Below are positions 48,952 to 58,323 of a stretch of 64,000 nucleotides of DNA, piece after piece. Position 1 is the first letter of the stretch. Each line of letters opens with the position of its first letter. Both the position numbers and the translations under genes were made by a program. Source of the DNA: an uncultured Clostridium sp. (GTDB taxonomy: Bacteria > Bacillota > Clostridia > TANB77 > CAG-508); NCBI GenBank assembly GCA_930991035.1, contig CAKNRV010000002.1, positions 19,134 to 83,133 on the forward strand, written 5' to 3'. Under the pieces are notes generated by a model. It had not been told where the DNA came from. It did no database searches and saw only the letters and a program-made list of their open reading frames with translations.

Positions 48952-49770
48952 ATGGATAAAGTTGCAATTTTTTCTGATGTACACGGTAATATAACTGCTC
49001 TTGAGGCTGTTATTGCTGATATAGAGAGTCGTGGTATTAATAAAATTTTTTGTTTAGGTGATAGTGTTTTAAAAAGTTGTAATTCTGATAAAGTTATAGA
49101 TTTATTGCGTCAAAAGTGTGATGTTATTATAAAAGGGAATTGTGATGAGGCTATAACTAGACCTGATATTCCTAAGGGTAGATTTTGGACAAGGGATTTA
49201 ATTGGTGAGGAACGTGCTGCTTTTGTATATAGTTTACCTGTTTCGTATGATTTTTATATGAGTGGTTATTTGATTAGACTTTTTCACGCTTCACCTTTTG
49301 GGTTGGATTATGTTTTTAATCCAATGTTTTCTAATAAGGATACAATCTATTCTGCAACAGAAATTCATAATCCAATGGATTTATTTGAAAATACAGAATT
49401 TATTGGTAAGAGTAAAAATGACCCTGTTCCAGATATTGTAGGATATGGTCACATTCATACTCCAAATATTTTTAGAATTCGTAATAAAACAATTTTCAAC
49501 CCTGGTAGTGTTGGAATGCCAATCGAGATGTTAAATGATAATTTTTATGACAAAACTAATAAATTTTCTACGGTTGCTTCATATATTATACTAGAGGGAA
49601 AATTTGGTAGTAAAGAATTGTCTTCTATTAGTTTTAATTTAGTTAGGCTTCCTTATGATATAGAAAAAGAAATTGAATTACTACAAAATTCTAATCTACC
49701 AAGTAAAGAAAGACTAATACTTGAGTTAAAGAGTGCTACTAATTATGCCAATATGCACCTTAGGAATTAG
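48952..49770 (+). CDS. Calcineurin-like metallophosphoesterase
   Basis: Motifs FSDVHGN, GDSV and GHIHTP. Confidence 0.8.
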   Translation: MDKVAIFSDVHGNITALEAVIADIESRGINKIFCLGDSVLKSCNSDKVIDLLRQKCDVIIKGNCDEAITRPDIPKGRFWTRDLIGEERAAFVYSLPVSYDFYMSGYLIRLFHASPFGLDYVFNPMFSNKDTIYSATEIHNPMDLFENTEFIGKSKNDPVPDIVGYGHIHTPNIFRIRNKTIFNPGSVGMPIEMLNDNFYDKTNKFSTVASYIILEGKFGSKELSSISFNLVRLPYDIEKEIELLQNSNLPSKERLILELKSATNYANMHLRN

Positions 49771-49898
49771 GAAGATAACTTGCTATTATGTATTTTATTA
49801 TGAGTTGAGCTTGATTTGCCAGTACTCTGCTTTTGTTACCTTAATTTTTTATTATTTTATTATACAAAAATCATATTTTTATATTTATTAAGATTGGA

Positions 49899-51158
49899 AT
49901 GATATTTTATATGGATGATAATCTGGATATAGTTAAAAATTTATTAAAAAAATATAATCAAGAGCATTTGTTGCAATTTTACTCTGAACTAACAGAAAAG
50001 CAAAAGTCTAATCTTTTAAATCAGATTCTTGATATAGATTTTGAACAAATACTGTGTTTATATGAAAAGTCAAAACTTGATGTTCTTGATTCAACAGAAG
50101 AAGCTGAACCTCTTTATTATACTGATAAATCTAATCTTTCTGAAACTCGAAAGAAAACTTTATACAACTTAGGTACTAAGGCTATTAAGTCTGGCAAAGT
50201 CGGTGTAATAACTCTAGCAGGTGGCCAAGGTTCAAGGCTTGGTTTTAATGGCCCTAAAGGAACATTTTGTTTAGAGCTAACTCCTAAAAAATCTTTATTT
50301 GAGATTTTATGCGATTATATAAAAACTGCCTCTTCTAAATTTAAAGTAAACATTCCTTGGTATATAATGACTAGTACAAACAACCATTTTGAAACTATAA
50401 GTTTCTTTGAAAAGAATAACTACTTTGGCTATGATAGAACTAATGTAACATTTTTTACGCAGGGAAACTTACCTATTATTGATGTAAATGGAAAATTGGT
50501 TCTTTCTGACATACATAAAGTTCTTTTTGCTTCTAATGGTAATGGAAATTTGTTTTCGGCTTTAAGAAGGGCTAATCTTATATCTTCTATGTCTAGACAA
50601 AAATTACAATGGCTTTTTGTTGGTGGAGTTGATAATGTATTACTAGATCCATTAGATCCGATTTTTATTGGGTATACTATAAATTCAAAATGTGAAATAG
50701 GCTCTAAAACATTGTTTAAGGAATCGCCTACTGATACTTCTTGGATATTTGCTAGAAAATATGGTAAACCATCTATTGTTGATTGTGAGAACTTTGTCGA
50801 GCAATTATCTGAGATAAAAGATTCTAAAGGCAATTATTTGTATAGAGATGTTAATATGCTAGCTCATTTATTTAGTTTGAATGCAATAAAAAAAATGGCT
50901 AATATTGTTTTTCCATATCATAGAGCATTTAGAAAAAATGCATTTATAAACTATGAAGGTATGAAGCAAGTCCCAGATGCTCCCAATACATACAAATTTG
51001 AGCAATTTGTGTTTGATGCTTTTCCACATTTTGATAACATTGCTTTGCTTCGTGTTAGCAAAGAAGAGGAATTTGCTCCTATAAAAAATTTTAATGGGCC
51101 CTATAACCCTGAGATTGCTGCCCAAAAGTACGAGAAGAAGATGTTGCAAATGTTATAG
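49899..51158 (+). CDS. UDPGP-family UTP--sugar-1-phosphate uridylyltransferase (eukaryotic-type UAP/USP-like)
   Basis: LAGGQGSRLGFNGPKGTF pyrophosphorylase loop, about 419 aa. Confidence 0.7.
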   Translation: MIFYMDDNLDIVKNLLKKYNQEHLLQFYSELTEKQKSNLLNQILDIDFEQILCLYEKSKLDVLDSTEEAEPLYYTDKSNLSETRKKTLYNLGTKAIKSGKVGVITLAGGQGSRLGFNGPKGTFCLELTPKKSLFEILCDYIKTASSKFKVNIPWYIMTSTNNHFETISFFEKNNYFGYDRTNVTFFTQGNLPIIDVNGKLVLSDIHKVLFASNGNGNLFSALRRANLISSMSRQKLQWLFVGGVDNVLLDPLDPIFIGYTINSKCEIGSKTLFKESPTDTSWIFARKYGKPSIVDCENFVEQLSEIKDSKGNYLYRDVNMLAHLFSLNAIKKMANIVFPYHRAFRKNAFINYEGMKQVPDAPNTYKFEQFVFDAFPHFDNIALLRVSKEEEFAPIKNFNGPYNPEIAAQKYEKKMLQML

Positions 51159-51192
51159 TGTTTTATTATTTATACAGTATTAAGTTTATTAG

Positions 51193-51240
51193 CTGTGTGT
51201 TTTGCAAAACAAAGCACACAGAAACTAGTTTTTATATTAA
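51193..51240. terminator. Bidirectional terminator between convergent UDPGP and RelE-like genes
   Basis: CTGTGTGTTTTG-caaaa-CAAAGCACACAG 12-bp stem (one G-U pair) followed by a T-run. Confidence 0.5.
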
Positions 51241-51546
51241 GTTGTTAAAATCTCTTTTAGAATATATAATTTTTCTTAATTCCATTGCATTGTCTTTTAC
51301 AATATAAAAAATCGTGTAATTATTTACATATATTCTATAATATGCATTTTTTCTTTTTTTAATTTCTGAATATTTTTTGTAACTTTCTGGGCTTTCACTT
51401 CTTTTTTCTATTTCTCGAACTACTTTTTTATAAAAATTTTCTGCCGCAATTTTATTATTTAATTTATTTACAAAATATTTTAAGATATTATTAAATTGAT
51501 TAATAAAAGAAGAAGTATATCTAATTTCATATTTATGATTCTCCAT
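51232..51546 (-). CDS. Type II toxin, RelE/ParE superfamily
   Basis: 104 aa, basic, overlaps the upstream antitoxin gene by 14 bp. YYRIYVNNYTIFYIVKD is typical of the RelE/ParE fold. Confidence 0.55.
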   Translation of the reverse strand: MENHKYEIRYTSSFINQFNNILKYFVNKLNNKIAAENFYKKVVREIEKRSESPESYKKYSEIKKRKNAYYRIYVNNYTIFYIVKDNAMELRKIIYSKRDFNNLI

Positions 51547-51820
51547 CTATTATCCTCCTAGCCATTTCTTTCATTTCTTCGTGTGTATAGTATTTTGTGT
51601 TTGGATCTTCTGCCTCTCTATCTGCCTCGTCTAATGCTCTTTCAACATACTCGTTATATTCGGCATCACTCATTAGTTTCGAATATTTTTCTAAACTCAT
51701 TACTACCATTGAACCATATCCATTTTTTGTTAAATATACCGCTTCGTCTTCTTTTAAAACTAAATCCTCTATTTCTGGATATTTGTTTCTTAAATCTGAT
51801 ACTGGTCTAATATTAATCAT
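51533..51820 (-). CDS. Type II antitoxin, Phd/YefM family
   Basis: 95 aa with the N-terminal MINIRPVSDLRNKYPEI... pattern. Immediately upstream of, and overlapping, the toxin gene. Confidence 0.55.
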   Translation of the reverse strand: MINIRPVSDLRNKYPEIEDLVLKEDEAVYLTKNGYGSMVVMSLEKYSKLMSDAEYNEYVERALDEADREAEDPNTKYYTHEEMKEMARRIIDGES

Positions 51821-51963
51821 AATCTTTCACTCCTTATACAATATATTTATAAAATTTTATATTGTATGAACTCCATAATATAAAACTTATAGCGATATTG
51901 TTGTTTTAATTTTATCACTATTTTATCATTATTTTATTATTTTTGCAATATTTTATGCATTTT

Positions 51964-52476
51964 TTAGTACTGCATTCCTATAAGTTCATATGCATAGCTC
52001 TCATAATTTGGCATATATTTTTCTAATAAATCATAAAATTTTTTGCTATGTTTTTTTATTTTTAAGTGACAAAATTCGTGAAATATTATATATTCTACAA
52101 TTTCTTTCTTATATTTTACTATATCAGGATTTATTATAATTTTATCAGCAAAGCATTTACCCAATGTCTTATCTATACGCATTATTTCATAGTCTTCTGG
52201 CGCAAATTTTAAAGTAGTTCTAACTTTTTCCATTATATTTTCTATTTCTTTTTTAGCTATTGCTTCATACATTTTGTCTAATAGTATATCTATTAAAATT
52301 TTGTTATCTACTTTTTTATATTTACTTGGTAAGCATATTTGTATTTTTTTATCTTTTATCTCCAAATTTGGTTTCTTTATATATTTATACATTACCTTTA
52401 AATCATAAGAAACTCCAAATATTTTAACTGTTTTTATTATTCCTTCATTATTTTTTCTCATTATACTTACCTCCAT
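51964..52476 (-). CDS. YgjP-like metal-dependent hydrolase (DUF45 / M48-like, HExxH)
   Basis: IFHEFCHLKIKKHSKKF contains the HExxH motif at the position seen in DUF45 proteins; 170 aa. Confidence 0.7.
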   Translation of the reverse strand: MEVSIMRKNNEGIIKTVKIFGVSYDLKVMYKYIKKPNLEIKDKKIQICLPSKYKKVDNKILIDILLDKMYEAIAKKEIENIMEKVRTTLKFAPEDYEIMRIDKTLGKCFADKIIINPDIVKYKKEIVEYIIFHEFCHLKIKKHSKKFYDLLEKYMPNYESYAYELIGMQY

Positions 52477-52608
52477 TTATTTATAATTTTTGTTCTGAAC
52501 TTTTGTTCGGTATTATTTTATATTATATTTTTTACTTTGTCAATACTTTTACAAAAATTTGTTTGGTTTTTTTGAAATTTGACGTTAAAATTCACAGCCG
52601 TACTTTTT

Positions 52609-52759
52609 AGCGAAGTACTGTATATTTTTATTTTATGTTGGAGCGCTTAAGGTGGGGACCGACAAGTTTACAAACTGTTAACGACACCTTAATGGAGTTA
52701 TACAGTTTGTACGCAGTTGGGGGCCGGAAACATAAAATAAAAATATACAGTACTTCGCT
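52609..52759 (+). repeat. 151-bp element bounded by perfect 29-bp terminal inverted repeats, containing interleaved stems; lies in the dGTPase 5' leader region
   Basis: The left IR AGCGAAGTACTGTATATTTTTATTTTATG (52609-37) is the exact reverse complement of the right IR (52731-59). Inside, CTTAAGGTG (52646-54) pairs with CACCTTAA (52685-92), and TACAAACTGT (52669-78) pairs with ACAGTTTGTA (52702-11); the two stems are interleaved. Confidence 0.6.
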
Positions 52760-52851
52760 TTTATAATAAGCTGTGAATAATAACAATTTGACTATTTAGA
52801 TATAAACTGTTACAATTATTCGTAATTAATAAGGAGGTAATAAAGTTAATA

Positions 52852-54048
52852 ATGAAAAATTCGTTTTATATGTTAGCTGCTAATCCAAATAATAATAAAT
52901 GGGAGCTTATGATTAAAAGAGAAGCTCCTTTATATTCAAGAAATAATGACCTTCGTTCTGATTTTGAGCGTGATTTTACTAGAATTATACATAGCAATGC
53001 TTACAGACGTTTAAAGCATAAGACTCAAGTGTTTTTTTCTCCTCAGAATGACCACATTTGTACTAGAATTGAGCACGTAAATCACGTTGAGTCTATTAGC
53101 TATACCATTGCGCATTATCTTGGACTAAATGAGGAGCTTACAAAGGCAATTGCAGTAGCACACGATTTAGGTCATAGTCCTTTTGGTCACAAGGGTGAAA
53201 AAGTCTTGAACTCTATTTGTGAAAGAGATTTAGGTAAATCTTTTTGGCACGAAAAAAATGGTTTGTTTTTTGTAGATAATGTAGAGCTTCTTGAAGATAG
53301 TGAAGGATGCAAGCAAAATCTAAATTTAACTTATGCTGTTAGAGATGGCATTATTTCTCATTGTGGAGAAATTGACGAAAATGTACTTAGACCTAGAGAG
53401 GAATTTATCGATTTAAGAACTTATGAATTTCCAAATCAATATGCTCCTTTTACTTGGGAAGGATGTATTGTAAAAATTTCTGATAAAATTTCTTATATTG
53501 GCAGAGATATTGAAGATGCCGTCACCTTGGGCATTTTAGATGCTCATTTGGATAAACTATATGATTTATTAGGTTACACAAGCGGAACTATAAATAATAC
53601 TGTTATTATTAATAAACTAATTTATGATTTATGTTCTAATTCTTCTCCAGAAAAAGGTTTATGTTTTTCTGATGAGGCTTTAGAGCTTATGAATAAAATA
53701 AAAGATTTTAATTATACATATATTTATCAATCAGATATTTTAAAGCCTTCTGAAAAGTATTTTTCTGTTGTTATAAATCAAATTTATGATGTATTAAAAG
53801 ATTGTTTTGATGGAGAAAATACTTTTGATAATTTAGATAATTTGAGGAAGTTTTATCCTAATTTAATTAATGGATTTACTGAATGGTTTTATAACTTTTC
53901 TGCAATTGGTGATAGAACTAATTTAAAAAATAGAATTTTATTTGACATACACAATCCAAATGATTTTTATTTTGCCATTGTTCTATATATATCTGGTATG
54001 ACTGATAAGTTTGCAATGGATATGTTTAATGAGATTATTGGGTATTAG
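52852..54048 (+). CDS. HD-domain dGTP triphosphohydrolase-like protein
   Basis: HD motif AHDLGHSPFGH with the dGTPase-like length and layout. Confidence 0.8.
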   Translation: MKNSFYMLAANPNNNKWELMIKREAPLYSRNNDLRSDFERDFTRIIHSNAYRRLKHKTQVFFSPQNDHICTRIEHVNHVESISYTIAHYLGLNEELTKAIAVAHDLGHSPFGHKGEKVLNSICERDLGKSFWHEKNGLFFVDNVELLEDSEGCKQNLNLTYAVRDGIISHCGEIDENVLRPREEFIDLRTYEFPNQYAPFTWEGCIVKISDKISYIGRDIEDAVTLGILDAHLDKLYDLLGYTSGTINNTVIINKLIYDLCSNSSPEKGLCFSDEALELMNKIKDFNYTYIYQSDILKPSEKYFSVVINQIYDVLKDCFDGENTFDNLDNLRKFYPNLINGFTEWFYNFSAIGDRTNLKNRILFDIHNPNDFYFAIVLYISGMTDKFAMDMFNEIIGY

Positions 54049-54125
54049 TAAATAAGAGTGTCCCAAAAGTTTAAGAACTTGAACCAAAGGGACACTCCTT
54101 TTTGTTCAAGTTCTTTTATCATATT
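54049..54125 (+). terminator. Repeat-derived terminator (GAGTGTCCC...GGGACACTC interleaved with AAGAACTTGAAC...GTTCAAGTTCTT, then TTTTATC)
   Basis: Shares the 14-mer GAGTGTCCCAAA(A/T)G and the 21-mer TTTAAGAACTTGAAC(C/A)AA with 19662-19752. Confidence 0.55.
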
Positions 54126-54646
54126 TACAATTTATATTCAACTGGTTTATTTTCTTTTAAACTTTCTTGTACATCTAATATTCTTTGGTTTGAAGATCCT
54201 CTAAATTTTAATTTTAAGTCTTTTTTGTCTTCTTCAAATTTTCCATCAACTACTACGTCTATGTACTTTAACAATTCTTTTGTGGTATCACTTTGCTGTG
54301 CCATTTTTCCTACCACATCTTTTTCGAAATCAAAACCAGTATAGCACCATATTTTTTTATCTGGAAATTTTTCTTTTGCTTTTTTTACAAGTGGTAATAG
54401 TCCTGCTTGATTTGCTGGTTCTAATGGTTCTCCTCCAAGCAATGTAAGTCCTGAAATATAGTCGTGGTCTAAGTCTTTTAGTACTTCTTCTTCTTGCTTT
54501 TCTGTAAATTTATTTCCATAATTAAAATCCCAAGCACACTCGTTAAAGCAACCTTTGCAATGGTGATTACAACCACTAACAAATACAGAAACTCTAACTC
54601 CTTCTCCATTAGCCACATCTATTCTCTTAATATCTGCGTAGTTCAT
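54125..54646 (-). CDS. nrdG: Anaerobic ribonucleoside-triphosphate reductase activating protein
   Basis: CNHHCKGC radical-SAM cluster motif, 173 aa, directly downstream of nrdD. Confidence 0.85.
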   Translation of the reverse strand: MNYADIKRIDVANGEGVRVSVFVSGCNHHCKGCFNECAWDFNYGNKFTEKQEEEVLKDLDHDYISGLTLLGGEPLEPANQAGLLPLVKKAKEKFPDKKIWCYTGFDFEKDVVGKMAQQSDTTKELLKYIDVVVDGKFEEDKKDLKLKFRGSSNQRILDVQESLKENKPVEYKL

Positions 54647-54660
54647 TTTCCAGTCCTCCT

Positions 54661-56787
54661 CTACAAATGCATTACTCTCTGTTTAATCTCCTTCGTCTTA
54701 CCAGCATTCCAGAAATTCTCTCCCAAGTATCCGCAAGTTCTTCTTACAACTGTCATTTTTGAATGGTCTTTATTTCCACAGTTTGGGCATTCCCATTCAT
54801 TATCGTCGTTTATTATTATTTCTCCGTCAAATCCGCATACGTGGCAGTAGTCTGATTTTGTGTTGAATTCTGCATATTGAATGTTATCATATATAAATTT
54901 TACAACAGTCTCTAGTGCATCTATATTCTTTTCCATATTTGGTATTTCTATGTATGAAATCGCTCCACCTGATGATATTTTTTGGAATTCACTTTCAAAT
55001 GATAATTTTTCAAATGCATCTATCTTTTCTCTTACATCTACGTGATATGAGTTTGTATAATATCCTTTGTCTGTAACATCTTCAATTGTTCCAAATCTTT
55101 CTTTATCTATTCTTGCAAATTTGTAGCATAGGCTTTCTGCTGGTGTTCCATATAATGCAAATCCAATGTTTGTTTCTTTTTTCCATCTATCTGTTGTTTC
55201 TCTTAAATGTTTCATTACTCTTAGTGCAAATTCGTGTCCTTCTGGTGTTGTATGTGATACACCTTTCATTAGTTTTGTCATTTCATATATTCCTATATAT
55301 CCTAATGATATTGTAGAATATCCACCATATAATAACTTGTCTATTTTTTCACCTTTTGGTAATCTTGCTATTGCTCCATATTGCCAATGTATTGGGCTTA
55401 TATCTGAATGTGTTCCAACTAGTGCATAGTGTCTACACATTAAAGCTTCTTTACAAAGTTCTAGTCTTTCGTCTAATAATTTCCAGAATTTATCTTCGTC
55501 TCCATCTGCTATAATTGCTACTTGTGGTAAGTTTATACTTACAACACCTTGGTTAAATCTTCCTTCAAATTTGTAATTTCCATTTTCGTCTTTCCAAGGT
55601 GATAAGAAGCTTCTGCATCCCATTGGGCTAAATACGTTACCTTCATAGTTTTCTCTCATTTTTTTAGCTGAGATATAGTCTGGGTACATTCTCTTAGCTG
55701 AGCATTTTACTGCAAGTTTTGTTAAGTAATCATATTCTCCACCAGTTAAATTGTTGAATTCGTCTAATACATATACAAGTTTTGGGAAGGCTGGTGTTAC
55801 ATATACTCCTGCTTCGTTCTTTATTCCTTCGTATCTTTGTCTTAATACTTCTTCTATTATCATTGCATTTTCTTTTATGTATGGGTCGTCTTTTTCTAGG
55901 TGTAGGAATAATGTTACGAATGGAGATTGTCCATTTGTTGTCATTAATGTATTTATTTGATATTGTATTGTTTGTACTCCTGATTTTAATTCTGCTCTTA
56001 CTCTGTCTTGTACTATGTCTTCTATTACTTTTTCGTCTAATTTACCTTTGTATTTTTCTTCTATTTGTTTTTTGAATTTGTCGTAGCTTTTTCTTAAATA
56101 TTTTCCTAAATGAATCATATCAACAGATTGTCCACCATATTGGTTGCTTGCTACTGCTGCAATAATTTGTGTTGTAACTGTGCATACAACTTGGAAGCTT
56201 TTTGGACTTTCTATCATTTTTCCATTCATTACTGTTCCATTATCTAACATATCTCCTATATTAATTAAGCAGCAATTGAATATAGGTTGTACAAAGTAAT
56301 CTGCATCGTGGAAATGTAAAACACCTTCTGCATCTGCTTTTGCTATTTTTTCTGGTAATAATAATCTTCTTGTTAAATCTCTTGAAACTTCACCTGCTAT
56401 ATAATCTCTTTGTGTTGAAGCAAGCATTGTATTCTTGTTTGAGTTTTCTTCTGCTAATTCTTTGTTATCATTTCTAATAATTCCAAGTATTGTTTCGTCT
56501 GTTGTATTTTGTTTCCTTACTAATGCTCTTGTATATCTATATACTATATATTTTTTTGCAAGTTCGTACTTACCTATCTCCATTAGTTGCTCTTCTATAA
56601 TATCTTGGATATCTTCTACAAGCATTCTCTTTTTATTTAATTCTTCAATATGATTTATTATTTCTTTTATGTCTTCTTTTGTAGCTCTTTCAGCTGCTTT
56701 TACCTCTCTATTTGCTTTTTCTATGGCAATTTGTATTTTAGCCCTATCATAGTCTACGGCTCTACCATCTCTTTTGATAACTTTCAT
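54661..56787 (-). CDS. nrdD: Anaerobic ribonucleoside-triphosphate reductase (class III)
   Basis: N-terminal ATP-cone (MKVIKRDGRAVDYD), glycyl-radical motif RRTCGYLG and a C-terminal Zn-ribbon CHVCG...CPNCG. Confidence 0.9.
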   Translation of the reverse strand: MKVIKRDGRAVDYDRAKIQIAIEKANREVKAAERATKEDIKEIINHIEELNKKRMLVEDIQDIIEEQLMEIGKYELAKKYIVYRYTRALVRKQNTTDETILGIIRNDNKELAEENSNKNTMLASTQRDYIAGEVSRDLTRRLLLPEKIAKADAEGVLHFHDADYFVQPIFNCCLINIGDMLDNGTVMNGKMIESPKSFQVVCTVTTQIIAAVASNQYGGQSVDMIHLGKYLRKSYDKFKKQIEEKYKGKLDEKVIEDIVQDRVRAELKSGVQTIQYQINTLMTTNGQSPFVTLFLHLEKDDPYIKENAMIIEEVLRQRYEGIKNEAGVYVTPAFPKLVYVLDEFNNLTGGEYDYLTKLAVKCSAKRMYPDYISAKKMRENYEGNVFSPMGCRSFLSPWKDENGNYKFEGRFNQGVVSINLPQVAIIADGDEDKFWKLLDERLELCKEALMCRHYALVGTHSDISPIHWQYGAIARLPKGEKIDKLLYGGYSTISLGYIGIYEMTKLMKGVSHTTPEGHEFALRVMKHLRETTDRWKKETNIGFALYGTPAESLCYKFARIDKERFGTIEDVTDKGYYTNSYHVDVREKIDAFEKLSFESEFQKISSGGAISYIEIPNMEKNIDALETVVKFIYDNIQYAEFNTKSDYCHVCGFDGEIIINDDNEWECPNCGNKDHSKMTVVRRTCGYLGENFWNAGKTKEIKQRVMHL

Positions 56788-57081
56788 TTTACATTTCCTC
56801 CCCCTGTTTAAGTTATGCTCTTATTATATCCCTTTTTTTTGTTTTTTCTGTTGCATAAGTCACATATTATGAAAGTTATATTTTTCGACTTTTTTTGCTT
56901 TAGAGTCAGTAGCTTTCCTTTTCCCCAAAAAATATATTACATTTTTGTTACAATTTTTTGTCGCTGTTTTCTTGCTTTTGAGTCTTGTTTCCGTTATAAT
57001 TGTTTTATGTTTATAGAACATAATAAGTAATAAAAATAATTTATTAAACTAATATACATAGTTTAGACAATAATTAATTTT

Positions 57082-57741
57082 GTGCTTTGGGGAGGAACAT
57101 CCAAAAATATGGCTAATGACTTTAAACTTGATAATTTTATTTACAGCTTTTCAAATAATTGTAAAAAAGTACAGAAAAAAACTTTTGCCAAAAATCAAAT
57201 AATTACATCTTACATTCAAAAGCGTAATCAGCTATGTATCTTACTTAATGGCAAAGCTGATTTGGTAAGATATGATTTGAATGGTAATAAGACAATAGTT
57301 GAGCATTTTGCTAAAAATGCTTTATTTGGTGAGGTTTTTTATAAGGTTACAACAAATAATGAATTATTAGTTGAAGCAAAGTCAAGTTGTACAGTCCTAT
57401 TTTACATTTATGACGAATTAAAAGAGCAATGTAATAATGGTTGCAAGTTTCACGGAGTTTTAACAGAACATTTGCCAGAATTAATTTTAAATAAAATTAC
57501 TGATTTAAATACAAGAATCGAGCTTCTTACTCAAAGAAGCACACGTGATAAATTACTTACCTACTTTTCTTTAATATCTACAAGAAAGCTTTCAAAATCA
57601 TTTGAACTGCCATTATCTTTAACAGATTTAGCAGACTATTTAAGTGTTGACAGAAGTGCTATGATGCGAGAGCTTAAGTTATTAAAAGAAGATGGATTGG
57701 TAGATAAGATTGGCAATAGAATTATTTTATTGTATGAGTAA
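57082..57741 (+). CDS. Crp/Fnr-family transcriptional regulator
   Basis: cNMP-binding-like N-terminus and C-terminal HTH LSLTDLADYLSVDRSAMMRELKLLKEDGLV. Confidence 0.75.
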   Translation: MLWGGTSKNMANDFKLDNFIYSFSNNCKKVQKKTFAKNQIITSYIQKRNQLCILLNGKADLVRYDLNGNKTIVEHFAKNALFGEVFYKVTTNNELLVEAKSSCTVLFYIYDELKEQCNNGCKFHGVLTEHLPELILNKITDLNTRIELLTQRSTRDKLLTYFSLISTRKLSKSFELPLSLTDLADYLSVDRSAMMRELKLLKEDGLVDKIGNRIILLYE

Positions 57742-58203
57742 GTTGGGCACACATCCCCATAAAGTAAGATTTTGATGTTTTTCACATTGTAATATTTCTA
57801 ATTTTTTAAATTTTGGTACCCATACTAACAAATTCCATCCAGAAGCTTCTACTACTTTACTGCTTTCTGTAAATTGTGATTTAAATTTATCATAACTTCC
57901 AAAGTCTGTATTTATTTGTTTCATAAGCTCTACGCTTGGACTGGTTGGTACTGCTGGACCCATATTAGTAAAAAACAGTTCGTGAAGTATTGCTCCTGAG
58001 CCAAAAAAGCTTAAATCTTTTTCTAGGCATTTTATATTTTCAAAATTATTTTCTTCCCTTGCCTTTTTTAGTTTTTCTTCTGTTTTATTTGTATTGTTTA
58101 CATATCCAGCATACAAAATATCATAATGCAAAACTAGCGTTTCTTTGCTGTAATATGGTTCTAATGCGTTTAGTGGATATGGTAAGTCTATTTTATTAAC
58201 CAT
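57727..58203 (-). pseudogene. Fe/Mn superoxide-dismutase-like remnant (metal ligands lost, C-terminus truncated)
   Basis: LPYPLNALEPYYSKETL and GSGAILHELFF align to SOD, but HHxKHH is replaced by HYDILY. The DVWEHAYY segment is absent, and the ORF ends inside the convergent Crp gene. Confidence 0.5.
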
Positions 58204-58323
58204 TTTTATCCTCCTTTGGTATGTTTGTTATGATATAGAAAAAAGCATTTGGAATATCATAAAATAATGTTTTACTATTTTATATTATATTCACAAATGC
58301 TTTTTTTATTCTTTTAATAAGGC

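Noticed and set aside
48952-49770. Possibility that the metallophosphoesterase is a phage or defence-associated nuclease
   Set aside because: Motifs match generic calcineurin-like phosphoesterases. The neighbours are housekeeping genes (cysK, UDPGP). There is no specific support.
56788-57081. NrdR box or riboswitch upstream of nrdD
   Set aside because: I could not identify a convincing NrdR-box palindrome or cobalamin-riboswitch core by eye. The region is T-rich but unstructured, so it is left unannotated.
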